From Armatimonadota bacterium (GTDB lineage: Bacteria; Armatimonadota; Armatimonadia; Armatimonadales; Armatimonadaceae), in NCBI GenBank assembly GCA_043754515.1, contig JAYUUO010000178.1:1-33973 (forward strand): a stretch of 33,973 bases of DNA. Reading direction: 5' to 3'. Positions 25,834 to 33,973 of the stretch are shown piece after piece. The notes below the pieces were generated by a model that searched no databases, was not told the origin of the DNA, and saw only the letters and a list, made by a program, of their open reading frames with translations. The translations under genes and the position numbers were made by a program. Within the stretch, counting starts at the first letter, position 1. Each line of letters opens with the position of its first letter.

Positions 25834-27036
25834 TCACGGTGCCATACGTAGTTTGACGGCCTGCGCCTCGAACTTGGGTTTGTACATCGGGCACTTGTAC
25901 GACTTCGAATAGTCTTTCGGGTTCTCGGCTTCCGCGATGAAAACCTTGGTGCCGATAATGCCGCACTTCTCGTAAGCGCGGTCGTAGTTGCCGCAGTCGT
26001 AGCAACGGCGCAGAATGGTCCAGCAGACCGAGCAGCGGAGCGAGCCGATCAGTTCCACCCGGCCGCAGAGCGGGCAGTGGATGTATACCTCGCGGAATCC
26101 GAAGTCTTTGTTCGCGAGCGACTCGCGCAGTTTCATATTGAAGCTTTCGAGTTCGCGGGCGAGTTCGGCAGTGGTGGCGAGCAACTGATTCATCTGCTCG
26201 GCAGCCAGAAACTCGCCGATACGGTCGTCGAGCATCTCGCCGAAGCCGGACGCGTTCTTTTCCAGTGTCTTGAGGTGCGTCTCGGCGGTGACGGCGCGGT
26301 ATGGGCGTTTACGCTCCTCGCGGGCACCGAGCGAGCGTAAAATCTGCTCCGTCACCGAGACCGGGACGCGTAGGAACGCCTCTTTGCGTTGCGGGAACTG
26401 CCGGATCGCCCCGACGATCTTGTCAAGATCGGAGACGTTTAGCTTCTCCTGCTTGACCTTCTGAGCAAGGCGAAGTTGCGCCTGGGCGTCGTCGTTCATC
26501 GCCAGCAAAACGCGGGCATGTCCCTCGGTGAAGGCACCTTCACCCGCGCCGGGACGCGCGATCAGTTCCTGCTGGATTGCGATGGGGAGTTCGAGCAGTT
26601 CCAGCCCGCGACGGATAGTGGTCTCGGAAAGGCCCAGCATCTTCGCGACGCGGTCGTAACTCATGAACTGGAGCAGGGCTTGCATCGCCCGCGCCCGCTC
26701 CACGGGGTTCATGTCCTCGCGTTGCAGGTTCTCTAGGAGCGAGTCGGCGGCGGCTTCCTCGTCCGTCAGGTTTTTGACGAGCACCGGGATCGTGGTTAAA
26801 CCAGCCATTTGCGAGGCGCGGAACCGCCGCTCCCCCATCACGATCTCGTACAGCCCGTCGTTACGCCCGACCATGGGCCGCACCACAATCGGTTGCAACA
26901 CCCCCCGTTCCCGGATGGACGCCGCTAGTTCGTCGAGCGAGTCCTGATAGAACGTGCGGCGCGGCTGAGACTCGTTCGTACGAATCTTATCGAGCGGCAT
27001 ATTTTGTGCGTTTGTGGCCTGCGCCGTAGTTGCCAT
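25834..27036 (-). CDS. ParB/Spo0J family protein with a C-terminal Cys-rich (8 Cys) domain
   Basis: QPRRTF, L.ELAASI...GVLQPIVVR, GERRFRA, ENLQREDMNP.E.A, HTH, EGHARVLL. Tail CPLC-x11-CSVC-x6-CYDC-x9-C-x23-C. ATG27036 after AAAGG (alternative GTG27069). Confidence 0.88.
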   Translation of the reverse strand: MATTAQATNAQNMPLDKIRTNESQPRRTFYQDSLDELAASIRERGVLQPIVVRPMVGRNDGLYEIVMGERRFRASQMAGLTTIPVLVKNLTDEEAAADSLLENLQREDMNPVERARAMQALLQFMSYDRVAKMLGLSETTIRRGLELLELPIAIQQELIARPGAGEGAFTEGHARVLLAMNDDAQAQLRLAQKVKQEKLNVSDLDKIVGAIRQFPQRKEAFLRVPVSVTEQILRSLGAREERKRPYRAVTAETHLKTLEKNASGFGEMLDDRIGEFLAAEQMNQLLATTAELARELESFNMKLRESLANKDFGFREVYIHCPLCGRVELIGSLRCSVCWTILRRCYDCGNYDRAYEKCGIIGTKVFIAEAENPKDYSKSYKCPMYKPKFEAQAVKLRMAP

Positions 27037-27114
27037 AATCACGTAACCTTTTTTACCCGCCGCCTTCACGCGCGGATGTACCCCGTATCCATTATGGCTT
27101 TTTGTCGCCAGATT

Positions 27115-27864
27115 TTAAGGCTTGGGCGGGATTTGCGCGAAACTTACCGCATCCGACGCCCCGAAGAGCGGCGTGAATATCTCAGACAGCCTCGTAAGGT
27201 ACCGGGCGACCATCGGAAGTCCGAGTGTCGGGCGTAATAATCCGAGTATTTCACGACCGAAAAGTATCAGATCGCGTGTGGACTTCTGGTTCGGGGTGCG
27301 GTCTTGCAGGTAAAAAAGTACCAGCGAGAGATGCGCGGCATAAAAAAGCGTGGTAATCTCGGCGGACTGATCTCGCTTCGGCGTGTCCGAGGCACCAACC
27401 ACTACCTGCGCGAACACCCCCCGAACCCGGTCTCTTATCTCGGCGGTCGCCCCCCCAAGCACCTGCGTCGGCGCGTCCGGCGACAGCCCCGCCCCGAAAA
27501 GCGCGGCGAGCGCATCCCGGTGCGGCGCGAGCCGCTCCAGGTCGGCGATCTCGATAGCGGCCCACCGGTGCGCGAGACTTGACTTCGGCAACCGGTCGGC
27601 CTCGTCTATAAGTTCCTGCGCAAGCCGGTCGTAAAGTGCCAGCACCATGTCCTCTTTACGGGCGAAGTAGCGGTAGGCAAGCCCCAGGGAACAGCCCGCC
27701 TCGGCGGCGATGTCGCGCATCGTCGCCCCGGCAAACCCCTGACGCGCGAAAAGCGCGAGGGCGGCCTCCAGTATCCGCTCCCGAGTACGCTCGCCCTTAC
27801 GGACTTTGCGTGCTTCGGTGTCATGCGCGTCAGCCTCTAATTCCTCGACGGTTAGATTTTCCAT
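27115..27864 (-). CDS. TetR/AcrR family transcriptional regulator
   Basis: TRERILEAALALF...GF..ATMRDIA.EAG.S.GLAYRYF..KE HTH. Confidence 0.93.
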   Translation of the reverse strand: MENLTVEELEADAHDTEARKVRKGERTRERILEAALALFARQGFAGATMRDIAAEAGCSLGLAYRYFARKEDMVLALYDRLAQELIDEADRLPKSSLAHRWAAIEIADLERLAPHRDALAALFGAGLSPDAPTQVLGGATAEIRDRVRGVFAQVVVGASDTPKRDQSAEITTLFYAAHLSLVLFYLQDRTPNQKSTRDLILFGREILGLLRPTLGLPMVARYLTRLSEIFTPLFGASDAVSFAQIPPKP

Positions 27865-27878
27865 AAGCGGCACGAATA

Positions 27879-27953
27879 ATGAACACGTTCAATTCCACTT
27901 GACATGCACCAAATGACGCGGATACCATATCTAAGAAAGATGAACGTGTTCAA
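27879..27953. promoter_or_regulatory. Pair of palindromic TetR-type operators flanking a sigma70 promoter
   Basis: TGAACACGTTCA (27880-27891) and TGAACGTGTTCA (27941-27952) are exact reverse complements. Between them lies TTGACA (27899-27904)-N18-TACCAT (27923-27928). Confidence 0.8.
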
Positions 27954-28033
27954 AAAACTAAAAAGTGAACAACTTGTCGTTTATCGTACCACGTCCTGCG
28001 GCACGGTCGCAGGAAGAGTGAAGGAAAACTATC

Positions 28034-28465
28034 ATGCAACCAATCGTCGTTACTTATCTCGTATATCTCGCGATCAGCGTCACGCTCACCGTATGGGTAG
28101 CGCAAACACTTTTCAAGAACGGGCAGGTATTTCTGGTCGAGGTCTTTCAGGGAGACAACACGCTCGCCGACAGCGTCAACCATCTGCTCGTCGTCGGCTT
28201 TTACCTGATCAACCTGGGCTACGTCAGCCTGATGCTCAAGATCGGCACGCCCATCGGTGGGGCGCAAGACGCCATTGAGGCGTTGTCGGTCAAGATCGGC
28301 ATGGTGCTACTGATCCTGGGCGGGATGCACTTCTTCAACCTCGCCGTATTCAACAAGTTAAGGAACGCGAAACTGAACGAAGCCCGCCTCGCGCGACCTG
28401 GCGACATGACGCCTCCTCCCGGAGTCAGCCGATTCCGACAGACGCTCGGAGACATGGAGCCGTGA
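28034..28465 (+). CDS. Conserved hypothetical integral membrane protein (3 TM)
   Basis: YL.YLAIS..LT.WVA.TL..NG.VFL...F.G...LADSVNHLLVVGFYL.NLG...LS.KIG.VLL.LG.MHF.N. AAGGA RBS. Divergent from tetR. Confidence 0.85.
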   Translation: MQPIVVTYLVYLAISVTLTVWVAQTLFKNGQVFLVEVFQGDNTLADSVNHLLVVGFYLINLGYVSLMLKIGTPIGGAQDAIEALSVKIGMVLLILGGMHFFNLAVFNKLRNAKLNEARLARPGDMTPPPGVSRFRQTLGDMEP

Positions 28466-28493
28466 ATAAGGGGGCATTGACAGCGGCGGGCGG

Positions 28494-29966
28494 CTAGCGG
28501 TCTATCAGCGCGGCGACGATGGCGTCCTGCGCCCGCCGCGCCTCCGCCGCGCTTCCCGCGTGGTTCATTAGGATCGAGAACACGAGCCGCTCGCCCGACC
28601 GCGCCGTGACATAGCCCGAGAGCGACGACGCCCCGAACAGAGTCCCCGTCTTCGCCCGCACCCTCCCCTTCGACGCACTATCGCGGAAGCGGCCCCGGAT
28701 CGTCCCGTCTACCCCGCCGATAGGCAGACCGTCCCAGAACGCGTCGCGCTGGTCGCGGGGCATCCGGGCGTCCGCATAGGCAAGCATCGCACCGATCAGT
28801 CGCGCGGTGACCGTGTTCTGTAGCGACAGCCCCGATCCGTCCGCGATGTTCAGACCGCCGCGATCCACGCGCGCCGCGTCCAAGAACGACTCGACACGGA
28901 CCCGCCCGCCCGCAATGCTGCCAGGGGAACCCGGCTTGACGGCGTGCCCGATTGCTTTTAGAAGTGCCTCGCCGTATAGGTTATCGCTCGGTTTCAGGAA
29001 ATCCTTGAGCAGTTCGGCGAGCGGTTTAGATTCGCCGAACGTGATCTCCATGGCACCCAGCGGCGTCGCCCCCGACTCGATCCAGAGCGGTGTGTTAACA
29101 ATGACCCCCGCCTTGGCGAGTGCCAGCACGAACCGTGACGCGGCGAAGCGGGCGGGGTCTTCTACTGTTATCTGCTCACTGACTTCTTTCGCCGCGGCTG
29201 GAGTCGTGCCAGTGATGACTATCCGGTTCGTGCCACGCGCCCGCCCGAAGGCAACGTCCGCCACGGCTCCCCCGGTGGCAGAGGTAGTGCGGATGTCGCA
29301 CGCCACCGTGAAAAACGTCTCCTCACCGGCGAGACGCCCATTAATTGTTACCGATACCGGGTCACCCGTCCGCGCCCCGGCGCACACCGCGACCGTGACG
29401 ACGTTCTCGTCACAGTTCACGCCGGACACCTGCGGCGAGTAATAATACGGTTCGTCGTCCCATTGCCAGCCATTGCCTAGCCGCTCTTGATCAAACGCGG
29501 TATCGTCGGCAACGATGCGCCCGACCACCCGCCGCGTTCCGGCTCGGGCGACGGCTCGCGCCATCTCCTCCAGACGCTCCGAAGACAGCGACGGGTCCCC
29601 GGAGCCGCGCAGATACAAGTCACCGGCGAGCGTCCCGGTCGCGTCAGGCTTCACGGTCGAGAGAACAGTGGTGCGGAAGGTAAAGGCGGTGCCCAGGTCG
29701 TGGAGCGCGGTCAACGCGGTGAGAATCTTCTCATTGGACGCCGGCACCAGCGCGAGATCAGCGTTGTGCTCGTATAATACCTTGCCGGTTCGTAGTGACC
29801 GGACGAGAATACCGACCGAGGCGTGCTGAAACGCGGGACGGGCGACCACTATTGCCAGACGTTTCCCGAGAGCGGCATCCGCGACGACCACCGGCGGTTG
29901 TGCGCGAGTCAGTGAGGTAACCAGGAATAAGAGCGCACCCAGCGGTGCGGCGATGCGAGCCTTCAT
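28494..29966 (-). CDS. dacB: D-Ala-D-Ala carboxypeptidase/endopeptidase (PBP4, peptidase S13)
   Basis: PASNEK (SxxK), G.GDPSL, SDN (SxN), DGSGLS, G.DGT, AKTG. Signal peptide. TATCAT 7 nt before ATG29966. Confidence 0.93.
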   Translation of the reverse strand: MKARIAAPLGALLFLVTSLTRAQPPVVVADAALGKRLAIVVARPAFQHASVGILVRSLRTGKVLYEHNADLALVPASNEKILTALTALHDLGTAFTFRTTVLSTVKPDATGTLAGDLYLRGSGDPSLSSERLEEMARAVARAGTRRVVGRIVADDTAFDQERLGNGWQWDDEPYYYSPQVSGVNCDENVVTVAVCAGARTGDPVSVTINGRLAGEETFFTVACDIRTTSATGGAVADVAFGRARGTNRIVITGTTPAAAKEVSEQITVEDPARFAASRFVLALAKAGVIVNTPLWIESGATPLGAMEITFGESKPLAELLKDFLKPSDNLYGEALLKAIGHAVKPGSPGSIAGGRVRVESFLDAARVDRGGLNIADGSGLSLQNTVTARLIGAMLAYADARMPRDQRDAFWDGLPIGGVDGTIRGRFRDSASKGRVRAKTGTLFGASSLSGYVTARSGERLVFSILMNHAGSAAEARRAQDAIVAALIDR

Positions 29967-30038
29967 GGCATCCATGATAACACGCCAGTCGTGCCGATGG
30001 GACGCGACTCCCGCTCGTGGGATATAACAGGATAGCCT

Positions 30039-30977
30039 ATGCCAACCGCCGACCGACGCGCCCTTTACCTCGCCGTGCTAACCATGATGACCTGGGGGGC
30101 ATCGGGGTCGTTCGTCAGGCTTCTTGCACATGACCTGCGCCCCGCGACGCCGTTCGTGCCCCTCGCCATCCTCGGCGGGCGTCTGGCGGTGGCATTTTTC
30201 GCGTTGCTCCTGTTCCTCGTGCTGTCCCAACCGCGCCAATTCCGAAACGAGATAATTCCCTCCCTGCGGCACGGCGAAGTGTGGGTCGGGGGCGGGCTAC
30301 AGTTTATATACTACCTACTCGCCGTGTTCGCGTTCACGTACGCCCCCATCAGCGAGATCGCGCTCTGCGCGTCTACCGCGCCGCTCTGGGTCTTGCTCAT
30401 TCGCCGCATCCGAGGGAACGCCACTTCGCCAACGGAAATGGTCGGAGCAGGGGTGTCACTCGCGGGCGTGGCGGTGATCGTCCTCCCCCATCTGCTTCAT
30501 CCCGATTTCGGAGCGGCGATGAACCCGTTCCCGCACCGGCTATGGGGGAACGCGCTGTCGCTCGTCTCCGCCGTCGTAACGGCGGTATACGCTCTGTTCC
30601 AGCGTCGCTACACACAGCGCGGTACCCCGATAGAGGCGCGGGCATTGACACTCGTCACCCTCGCCCTCGGCGTTCCGCTCGCGTGGTTCCTGAAGCCTAT
30701 TCCCACCGCCGTCCTGCTCCAGCCTTCAACCGCTGGTCTGCTCGCGGGGCTGGCGGTGATGTCCACGGTGCTCCCGACGCTCGCCTTCGCCGTCGCTTCC
30801 CGCCGCCTACCGCCTGTGACCACCGCGACCGTCGCGCTACTGCTCCCGGTATTCGCGACGAGTTACGCGGCGATTGCGCTCCATGAGATTCCGTCATGGA
30901 CTCTTGTGCCGGGCGGACTGCTGGTGATGCTAGGGCTGGTGATGATCTTGCGCCGACCGGCGGCTGGTCCCGCCTAA
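30039..30977 (+). CDS. DMT/EamA family transporter
   Basis: About 10 TM in two EamA repeats (WGAS, R...A, TAPLWV; PVFA...A...LHE). Confidence 0.88.
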   Translation: MPTADRRALYLAVLTMMTWGASGSFVRLLAHDLRPATPFVPLAILGGRLAVAFFALLLFLVLSQPRQFRNEIIPSLRHGEVWVGGGLQFIYYLLAVFAFTYAPISEIALCASTAPLWVLLIRRIRGNATSPTEMVGAGVSLAGVAVIVLPHLLHPDFGAAMNPFPHRLWGNALSLVSAVVTAVYALFQRRYTQRGTPIEARALTLVTLALGVPLAWFLKPIPTAVLLQPSTAGLLAGLAVMSTVLPTLAFAVASRRLPPVTTATVALLLPVFATSYAAIALHEIPSWTLVPGGLLVMLGLVMILRRPAAGPA

Positions 30978-32482
30978 AGCGCGATTCGCACGGTCACCGT
31001 TGCCTCATCAGCGTACGCCCCGACGCGAAACTTCCAGCGCGTGACCTCCATCAGCCAGCAAGAACCGGGGACAAAAAGCGTGACCAGCCCGTAAATGCCC
31101 TGCGGCTCGCCCTCGCGCCGCGCGGTGCCGCTCACGGACACGGCGATCACGTTCTCTCCTTCGCGTAGCTCCACTTCAAATGACGCCGTACCTAGTGTTC
31201 TTGTCTGATTGCCCTCCGGGGTGGAATCCGAATCGCTCGCGCGGACGCCGTTGATATACACGGTCACCCCCTCGCTACAAGCGGCGAACTGTAGGGTGCC
31301 AGACGCGCCGACCGGCGACTCGATCCGCGCCCGATACCAGCCGTTTTGCTCGCCGCCGACGCCGAGCGTGTTTATCGCGGTCGGCTCCTCTATCTGGAGC
31401 CAGTCCGAGTCGTCGAAGTCGAGCGCGGCGAAGTCCGTATCGTTTGCGGCTTGCCATACGGCGGGCGGCGGCGGGGCGGTTATTCCCGGCACGGCGATGT
31501 TGATCGCGGTCACCGCGCCTTCCGTATCAAGGCTATACAGGGTGTGCGTACGACCGGGCGCGACTTCCACGGTCGCGAAATCGTCGTCATGCTCCGTCAC
31601 GTCGTCCGGGCCAATAATCACCGGCGCGTTCTCGTTGTCAAGAGGTAAGAAGGTGCGACCGGCGAGTTCCGTAGGCAGGGCGATGATCTGCGAGACTCCC
31701 ACGGGGTACATGAGCGGCGCGTCGCTGAAAGTGATCGAGATCGATTGCCCGCGCTCCGAGCCGTGGAACAGCACCACCTCTTTCGTTTCGCCCGGTTCCC
31801 CGTACACGAACACGCGCGCCCCCTCGAACCCGGACGGTCGGATATGCGCGGAGAGGATCTTCGCGTCCGACTTGACAAGACCAACGTACGACGCGAGGAA
31901 CTTGCCGCCCTCGACTGGTCCGCCGACGGGCGCGTCATGCACATAGGCGAAGATCTCGCGCGGGCGGAGCGTGATGTCGGGCAGGAAGGGCGGAACGTAG
32001 CCCGAAACGGTCTCGGTGTCGGAGGCGTTCTCGACGAACACGACCGCGCCGTTCTGCTTCGTCGCCACCTCGGACACGCGCAGGCCGGGACTCGCCTTAA
32101 GCGATTCGCGGTGTTCGCCGCCCGCTAATATATGCGCGAAGGACGCGGCGAAAAGCGCGGCGCGTCGGGCGGCGAACCGTGCCCGTGTGAACGGCGCGTC
32201 GCCAAAGACAAACTCAGTGGCTCCCTCCGCGAACGCTTTCAGGGCGTCGTACTCGACGTCGCTATACGGAGTTCCCGCAGGCGCGTCAGTCCGCACAATC
32301 ACGGGTATGCCTTGCGCGTCACACTCGGCGGCGAAGTCCGGGTCCGGTCCGGGAGGCACCACGACGGAGTTCATGCCGCACCGTCTGGCTTGCGCGATGC
32401 GGGTCGCCCACTGATCGCGGGGAACGGCGGCGGGGTTTATTGTGGCGGCAAGCAGAATAGGTGGGGCGGGGATGTTACTCAT
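30974..32482 (-). CDS. GH35 beta-galactosidase-like protein with a collapsed catalytic domain and beta-sandwich/jelly-roll domains
   Basis: PRDQW..RI..A...GMNSV resembles the GH35 N-terminus. FDDSDW, GWYR..I, VYING, LREGENVIAV, GIYG.V resemble a galactose-binding-like domain. TATAAT 7 nt before the ATG. Confidence 0.6.
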   Translation of the reverse strand: MSNIPAPPILLAATINPAAVPRDQWATRIAQARRCGMNSVVVPPGPDPDFAAECDAQGIPVIVRTDAPAGTPYSDVEYDALKAFAEGATEFVFGDAPFTRARFAARRAALFAASFAHILAGGEHRESLKASPGLRVSEVATKQNGAVVFVENASDTETVSGYVPPFLPDITLRPREIFAYVHDAPVGGPVEGGKFLASYVGLVKSDAKILSAHIRPSGFEGARVFVYGEPGETKEVVLFHGSERGQSISITFSDAPLMYPVGVSQIIALPTELAGRTFLPLDNENAPVIIGPDDVTEHDDDFATVEVAPGRTHTLYSLDTEGAVTAINIAVPGITAPPPPAVWQAANDTDFAALDFDDSDWLQIEEPTAINTLGVGGEQNGWYRARIESPVGASGTLQFAACSEGVTVYINGVRASDSDSTPEGNQTRTLGTASFEVELREGENVIAVSVSGTARREGEPQGIYGLVTLFVPGSCWLMEVTRWKFRVGAYADEATVTVRIAL

Positions 32483-32651
32483 AGCGTTGATTATACACTA
32501 CACGCCTGCTCACAGTTTCGGGGAACGTTCTCCGACTTTGCTCGTGGTCAGGATCAGTTGCTCACGGCGGACGGCGAGCGGGTACCGGTAGGCCGCGGGC
32601 GAACACGCTCCGCCGCAGGTACGCTTTGCCACCCGTCGCTCGGGCGCACAT

Positions 32652-33590
32652 CTACCTATGCCCGGCGAGGAACGCTTCCACCGCGTCGCGGGTAGGGAGT
32701 CCGGCGCGATTGCCATAATGCTGAATCCGCAAGGCGACCGCTGCCTGCGCGAACGTCGCCGCTTCAATAGCAGATTTGCGCTCGCGATACGCCCACAGAA
32801 ACGCGCCGTGGAAGCAGTCCCCCGCCCCGCACGTGTCGGGGACATTTTCCACGGGGAACGCGGGCAGATGAACCGGCTCGTCACCGCCCTCGTCGCGGCA
32901 CCCGATCACCACGCCGTCGGCCCCGAGCGTCACCCCGGCTACCGTCACGCCGAGTTGCAGGAGCCGTTTAACCTGCTCAATAGGATCATCCTGGTATTTG
33001 ACAAATGCCCCCGCGCCGCCGACTTTTGACGCGATCACGATGTCACAGCAAGAGAGCAACGGTCGCTTCTCTTCGCGGAAAGAGCCGAGGTCGAGCGAAA
33101 CCATCGTCCCAGACTCGCGAAGGACGTGTATCGCTTCGGTTATGGCCTGTGCATCGCGCCCATCAATGTGGAGCAGTCCACAACCGCGCAAGCCGCTGGT
33201 CTGTTCACGGGAGAGAGTGGGCAACGACCCGTCGTTCCAGTTCGTCAACGCGCGGGAGCCATCCGAGCCGCTCAGCACCACGAGCGAGCGTGGCGTACTC
33301 GCGCGGAGGTAAGACACGAGAAGCGTGACGTCTAGTTCCTCCGACAACTCCCGCCGAACTATTCGCCCCACGTCGTCCTCGCCGATCACACCAGCGAATA
33401 GCGGAGCAGTATTCATGCCGCGCCGCGCCATCGCCATTAGCGCGACCGGCACGGGACCGCCCACCTGCTCAAAGTAGTGTGACGCGGTTGACTTACCATC
33501 CCGCTCCCACCGGTCGGTTACGGCGACATGATCCAGCCCCACGATCCCGATTCCGACAACGCGGTGCTCACGCCAATCGCTTGTGTCCAC
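32652..33590 (-). CDS. PfkB family carbohydrate kinase
   Basis: GGPV..A...MAR.G, G.IG.D..G, VTLGADG, DTCGAGDCFHGAF PfkB signature 2. TG-n-TATACT 6 nt before GTG33590. Confidence 0.92.
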   Translation of the reverse strand: MDTSDWREHRVVGIGIVGLDHVAVTDRWERDGKSTASHYFEQVGGPVPVALMAMARRGMNTAPLFAGVIGEDDVGRIVRRELSEELDVTLLVSYLRASTPRSLVVLSGSDGSRALTNWNDGSLPTLSREQTSGLRGCGLLHIDGRDAQAITEAIHVLRESGTMVSLDLGSFREEKRPLLSCCDIVIASKVGGAGAFVKYQDDPIEQVKRLLQLGVTVAGVTLGADGVVIGCRDEGGDEPVHLPAFPVENVPDTCGAGDCFHGAFLWAYRERKSAIEAATFAQAAVALRIQHYGNRAGLPTRDAVEAFLAGHR

Positions 33591-33637
33591 GTTCAAAGTA
33601 TAGCACTTTCCAATGTGTTGTAGAATGGAGCACCGAA

Positions 33638-33973
33638 ATGCGACTGCCCAGGTTTATTGCGAACAAAGAGCTTCTGATTCGGTACGTGAATCCCATCGCT
33701 CGATGGTCGCCGTTCTTGTAACACTGCTTCTAACTTTTGTCAGGCTGGAAATCACAGGCACGCTGATTATCCGGCATTTCGTTGACTCCGCCGTCGCCGG
33801 AAAACCTATAGCGCTTCTGATGAGGACGGCGTCCGCTTTTGTCGTAGTAGCCTTGTTGACTCAGGGGGGCGGGATCGCGGAAGCCTATGTGGCGGAATGT
33901 CTCGGCTGGGTGACCACCAACCGTATGCGCCGCGATCTTATGCAACACTGCCTGTCGCTTGACATGGCCTTCC
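33638..33973 (+). pseudogene. 5' part of an ABC exporter (fused permease/ATPase) with a frameshift near 33692-33694; runs off the window end
   Basis: GGAG + ATG33638 gives MRLPRFIANKELLIRYVNP. The -1 frame continues HRSMVAVLVTLLLTF...IIRHFVDSA...AYVAECLGWVTTNRMRRDLMQHCLSLDMAF, a typical ABC transmembrane type-1 N-terminus. Confidence 0.7.

Noticed and set aside
27880..27952. Palindromes as parS sites for the neighbouring ParB
   Set aside because: They do not match the parS consensus (TGTTTCACGTGAAACA-like). Their position around the divergent promoter fits TetR operators better, although binding by the atypical ParB is not formally excluded.
32496..32651. GC-rich intergenic stretch as an ncRNA or riboswitch
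   Set aside because: No recognisable motif or convincing stem. The downstream gene looks leaderless, so this is not its leader. An Rfam scan would settle it.
33730..33948. 72-aa minus-strand ORF
   Set aside because: Antisense to the frameshifted ABC exporter reading frame.

Overview
High-GC bacterial chromosomal segment (GC judged by eye, not computed). The gene mix is diderm-like and may be Armatimonadota, which is an inference only. It carries about 28 genes, and I found no rRNA, tRNA, CRISPR array or recognisable mobile element. In order: serC 3' end; a duplicated TM+HEAT-like membrane protein; a minus-strand sorE-like/srlD sugar-alcohol-phosphate cluster interleaved with two PD-(D/E)XK-fold genes; csbD; lipA; a 1824-aa TamB/AsmA-like protein; an rpoE-rseA-rseB-like ECF operon; an NrtR-type regulator; an S9 peptidase divergent from a HIT protein; a second ECF sigma/anti-sigma pair; two Tat lipoproteins (lysozyme-like and OppA-like); a SMI1/KNR4 gene; LysR; an orphan ParB; a TetR/membrane-protein module; dacB; EamA; a degenerate GH35-like protein; a PfkB kinase; and the start of an ABC exporter. 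Most notable: (1) the orphan ParB-family CTPase has a non-canonical HTH and an 8-Cys C-terminal domain; (2) at least eight genes look leaderless, with a -10 box 5-7 nt before the start codon, which moves several ORF-track starts; (3) three genes hidden in the ORF track are broken by single lesions (two in-frame TGA, one frameshift); (4) a TetR operator pair is visible; (5) there is a probable GH35 pseudo-enzyme.
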